A DNA stretch of 64,000 nt from NCBI GenBank assembly GCA_030264375.1, contig JASCQW010000081.1:44199521-44263520 (forward strand), written 5' to 3'. The notes under the pieces are model-generated. The model had not been told where the DNA came from. It saw only the letters and a list, made by a program, of their open reading frames with translations, and searched no databases. Positions 61,276 through 64,000 of this stretch are shown here, piece after piece (positions within the stretch are counted from its first letter, which is position 1; each line of letters opens with the position of its first letter). The position numbers and the translations under genes were made by a program. Source of the DNA: Carcharhinus longimanus (Eukaryota).

Positions 61276-62368
61276 GGCCCAGATTTTCGCAGTATCAGCT
61301 TTAATAAAAATGGTGCAAGGGACCCGCATGAATGTTTTGTGGAAACAGCGGAACATCTATAGGTACAGCTGACTGCTCGTGGAAACATATTTTTGCCATT
61401 GGCATCTCGAGAACTGACTTGTGTCCCGAATGTGAAAAAGTCATAAAGCTAGAGGAAAGTTTGTGTCGATATCAGTTGACATTCTGGAGAGTGCAAAAGT
61501 TTCAAGAAATGCCACATAAGTTCGACCATTCCAATCACAAGCATGTTGGAGGGTGCGGCCTGTGGCATTGGAAAGGCATTTCTCTTTGACTCTCCTGACT
61601 TAGGCATCCAGGTGGGAAGAAGGAGGTTGTGCCACATAAGGGGAAAAGTGCATGTTGTCCCTAGGAAGCTGCAAAGTGGGGCTGCACCATTGCATTTTTG
61701 CACCATATAGGCACCTGAGCAGCAGTAACATGAGGCCAGATTAATGGGACAAGGATAAAGGTTGGAGGCAGTGCACTCAGTATTTTCTGGTGTTCCTGGA
61801 CTTCCTTGACCAGGATCTGAAGTTCCTGATCACTGAAGCAGGCGAAGCCCATCCCGTTCTTTCCCAACATGGCCTTTCTTGTGAAATTCGGGCTTGACCA
61901 AAATAAAAACATGGGCTTTCCAGACTAGATTGGTCTCACACTGTACATATGTCTGTTTACATGCACAGACCATGTTCTGAAACTCAGCAATGTCTGATAT
62001 TTGAGGGAGTGGGATTGATGGTGGTGGGAATGGGAATGGCTCAATTGCATAGCCACACCCTGAGAGCTGAGTGGAAAGAGGCTCAGTGGAAAGACAAAGG
62101 CTTTGTCTGTCATGGTGCGCCTTCTCTTCCTGTGTCAGCAACCAATTGGATAACTATTACGTTGAGTGCTTAGTTGTCTCTTGATTGACATCTCATCCCA
62201 GGACCAGCAGGATATCCATCTACCCCCTGCCTCACAGCAGGAATTCTTTATAGCTTTCCTATACCACACCCAAGACATGATACCCAAACAGTATTCGCCT
62301 CTGCATTGGTATGGTTTCCAAGATCAGCAGGCTCAATTCCATTCCACATCTCAGAGTGAAATCTGGCC
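61276..62368 (-). mobile_element. Harbinger-derived element carrying a Myb/SANT-like relic (about 61700-61860, minus strand)
   Basis: Candidate TIRs GGCCCAGATTT / AAATCTGGCC; ACFSDQELQILVKEVQEHQKIL..IWPHVTAAQV resembles recalled NAIF1 [21 protein letters not shown]. Confidence 0.6.
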
Positions 62369-64000
62369 TTTTGGGTTATTTAAAAAAACCTCTTTACAAA
62401 AACAAAAAACTGCTCCTGCAACTAACTAAATTAGCTAATTAAAAATCAGTCTATTGTCAAGCAAACTAAACTGATTTATGATTCAGGGATTTATTACCAA
62501 ATTGAGTGGCAATCATTTGAGGCAGTGAACTATGGCACAAACCAGGTGATGAAATCACATCACTCTGCTGCAGATTATAATGATCTTCAGTGATCTGGAT
62601 GACAAGTTGCTTACGAGTATGATAAAGTTAATGCATTTGTGCTCATTTCATTCTGTTATCTAATCTATCATGTAATTTAGGGTGATGGGAGAGTGTTATA
62701 CCAGTTCTGCAGGGAAACAAATTGCATTGTTGCTGGTAGAATTTTTGGTATTTCATGGTTTCTAACATTTTAGGATCCTAATTTTTGATTTGTTTTGACT
62801 CTGTGTAATACAGCTGTCTTTTTCTGTAGCTTATTGTTTTGAACCCCCTATTTTGATTCCTATGGTCCCTGCTAGCCCTCTCATCCCATCCATTAGCTAG
62901 TCTTCATCTGTGAGCCAAGACAGCAAGTACAGCAGTAGCATGTTGTTGGTTTGGGGCTATTACATTTGAGCAGAGCTTTTCTCTCATTCATTCCCGATAT
63001 GGGACATTTTCTAGCAAGTTTTACTGAGCAAAGATTAGAATCAGCAAGCCTGAGTCCATTTGTGATTCCCACTGATGCTGCAACTTAGATCAACAAACTA
63101 AACAGTGGTCCGTAACATAGCATCACAAGATGAAGTACGTTTATTCATTGAGAGTTGAATGTGCTGACCTTTTTGGAGTATTCTTTCTGTTTTGGAGGTG
63201 CCTCGCACCATTTCGCTAAATTAGGTTTAAATGTTCTAATACTCAATTACACAACTCAGTCTCTGTAGGTGCAAAGTTAAAACATTACAGATTGTGCAAA
63301 CGGTATAGTTAATTGGTTTATAATGTGGTGCTTTTATACCACTCATGAAACAGACATCACCAAAATAAAATGCAAAGGGCACTTCATAAATCTATAAAGT
63401 ACATTTACAGTAGTATGTATTCATATTGAAGTACTTGCTTGGCATATCAACTGCTAGCATATTATGAGAAGTGCTTCGCATTAGAATTAGACTATCAGGC
63501 ACTGAGGAATAAGTTCAACAGATGGGCCAGTGTATGCCACAGGCAGACTCATGGGATTAGTGACAAGGATTTAGCAAATTTCAAATGAATTATGAGATGG
63601 TGTTCAAAATATTATAATGTGGTGGCTGCTACAGAATTTGAATCTGTTTCTCCAGAGCAAGAAGTCATGATGAAAATTCTCACCAAATTTCCTGGATAGA
63701 ATCAACAATAAGTGCATACTTTTGAATACTATAAATTGCAGTGCATGTACGACTCCAAAAGCCAGGATTTTGCATGTAGTCAGCATGTTAGTTGACCCTA
63801 TTTTTTAACCACGACATGTTAAACTCACATTAGTACTCAGCCTCAATTTTCACCCCACAAATACATGTTTTACTTACCAGTAACTTATAACTGGACACAA
63901 GGGATAGAACAGACAATATGGACTGTGTTGCAAAGATGTGTGGGAGTTTAAGACAGGCCAACTCATTGCATCGGATGCCAATAACACTTCAAAATGGTGA

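Overview
A 64-kb window of AT-rich, CpG-depleted vertebrate DNA. The repeat content points to an elasmobranch (shark): HE1-type V-SINEs, a Deu-domain (SacSINE1-like) SINE, CR1/L2/Rex1 LINEs and Penelope-type tails. No intact host protein-coding gene, rRNA, tRNA gene or CRISPR array is recognisable, so the window looks intergenic or deep intronic; there is one weak exon candidate at about 56.8-57.0 kb. It contains nine N gaps (880-1050, 8920-9019, 23713-23812, 25017-25383, 30578-30617, 36761-36966, 43781-43880, 52349-52358, 55321-55422). Most notable: (i) a dense set of decayed PIF/Harbinger DNA-transposon parts, namely two HARBI1-like transposase relics, six relics of the intron-containing Myb/SANT (NAIF1-like) partner gene, one element retaining both genes convergently (about 31.2-33.2 kb) and many GG(G)-terminated TIR derivatives; (ii) a fold-back Penelope-type element with degenerate hammerhead-ribozyme cores on both strands and a 12-bp flanking direct repeat; (iii) a perfect 82-bp palindrome at 6291-6372; (iv) a 177-bp inverted duplication around a gap; (v) V-SINEs carrying two alternative LINE-derived tails. 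Family names come from recalled consensus motifs, not database searches, and boundaries of old repeats are approximate.
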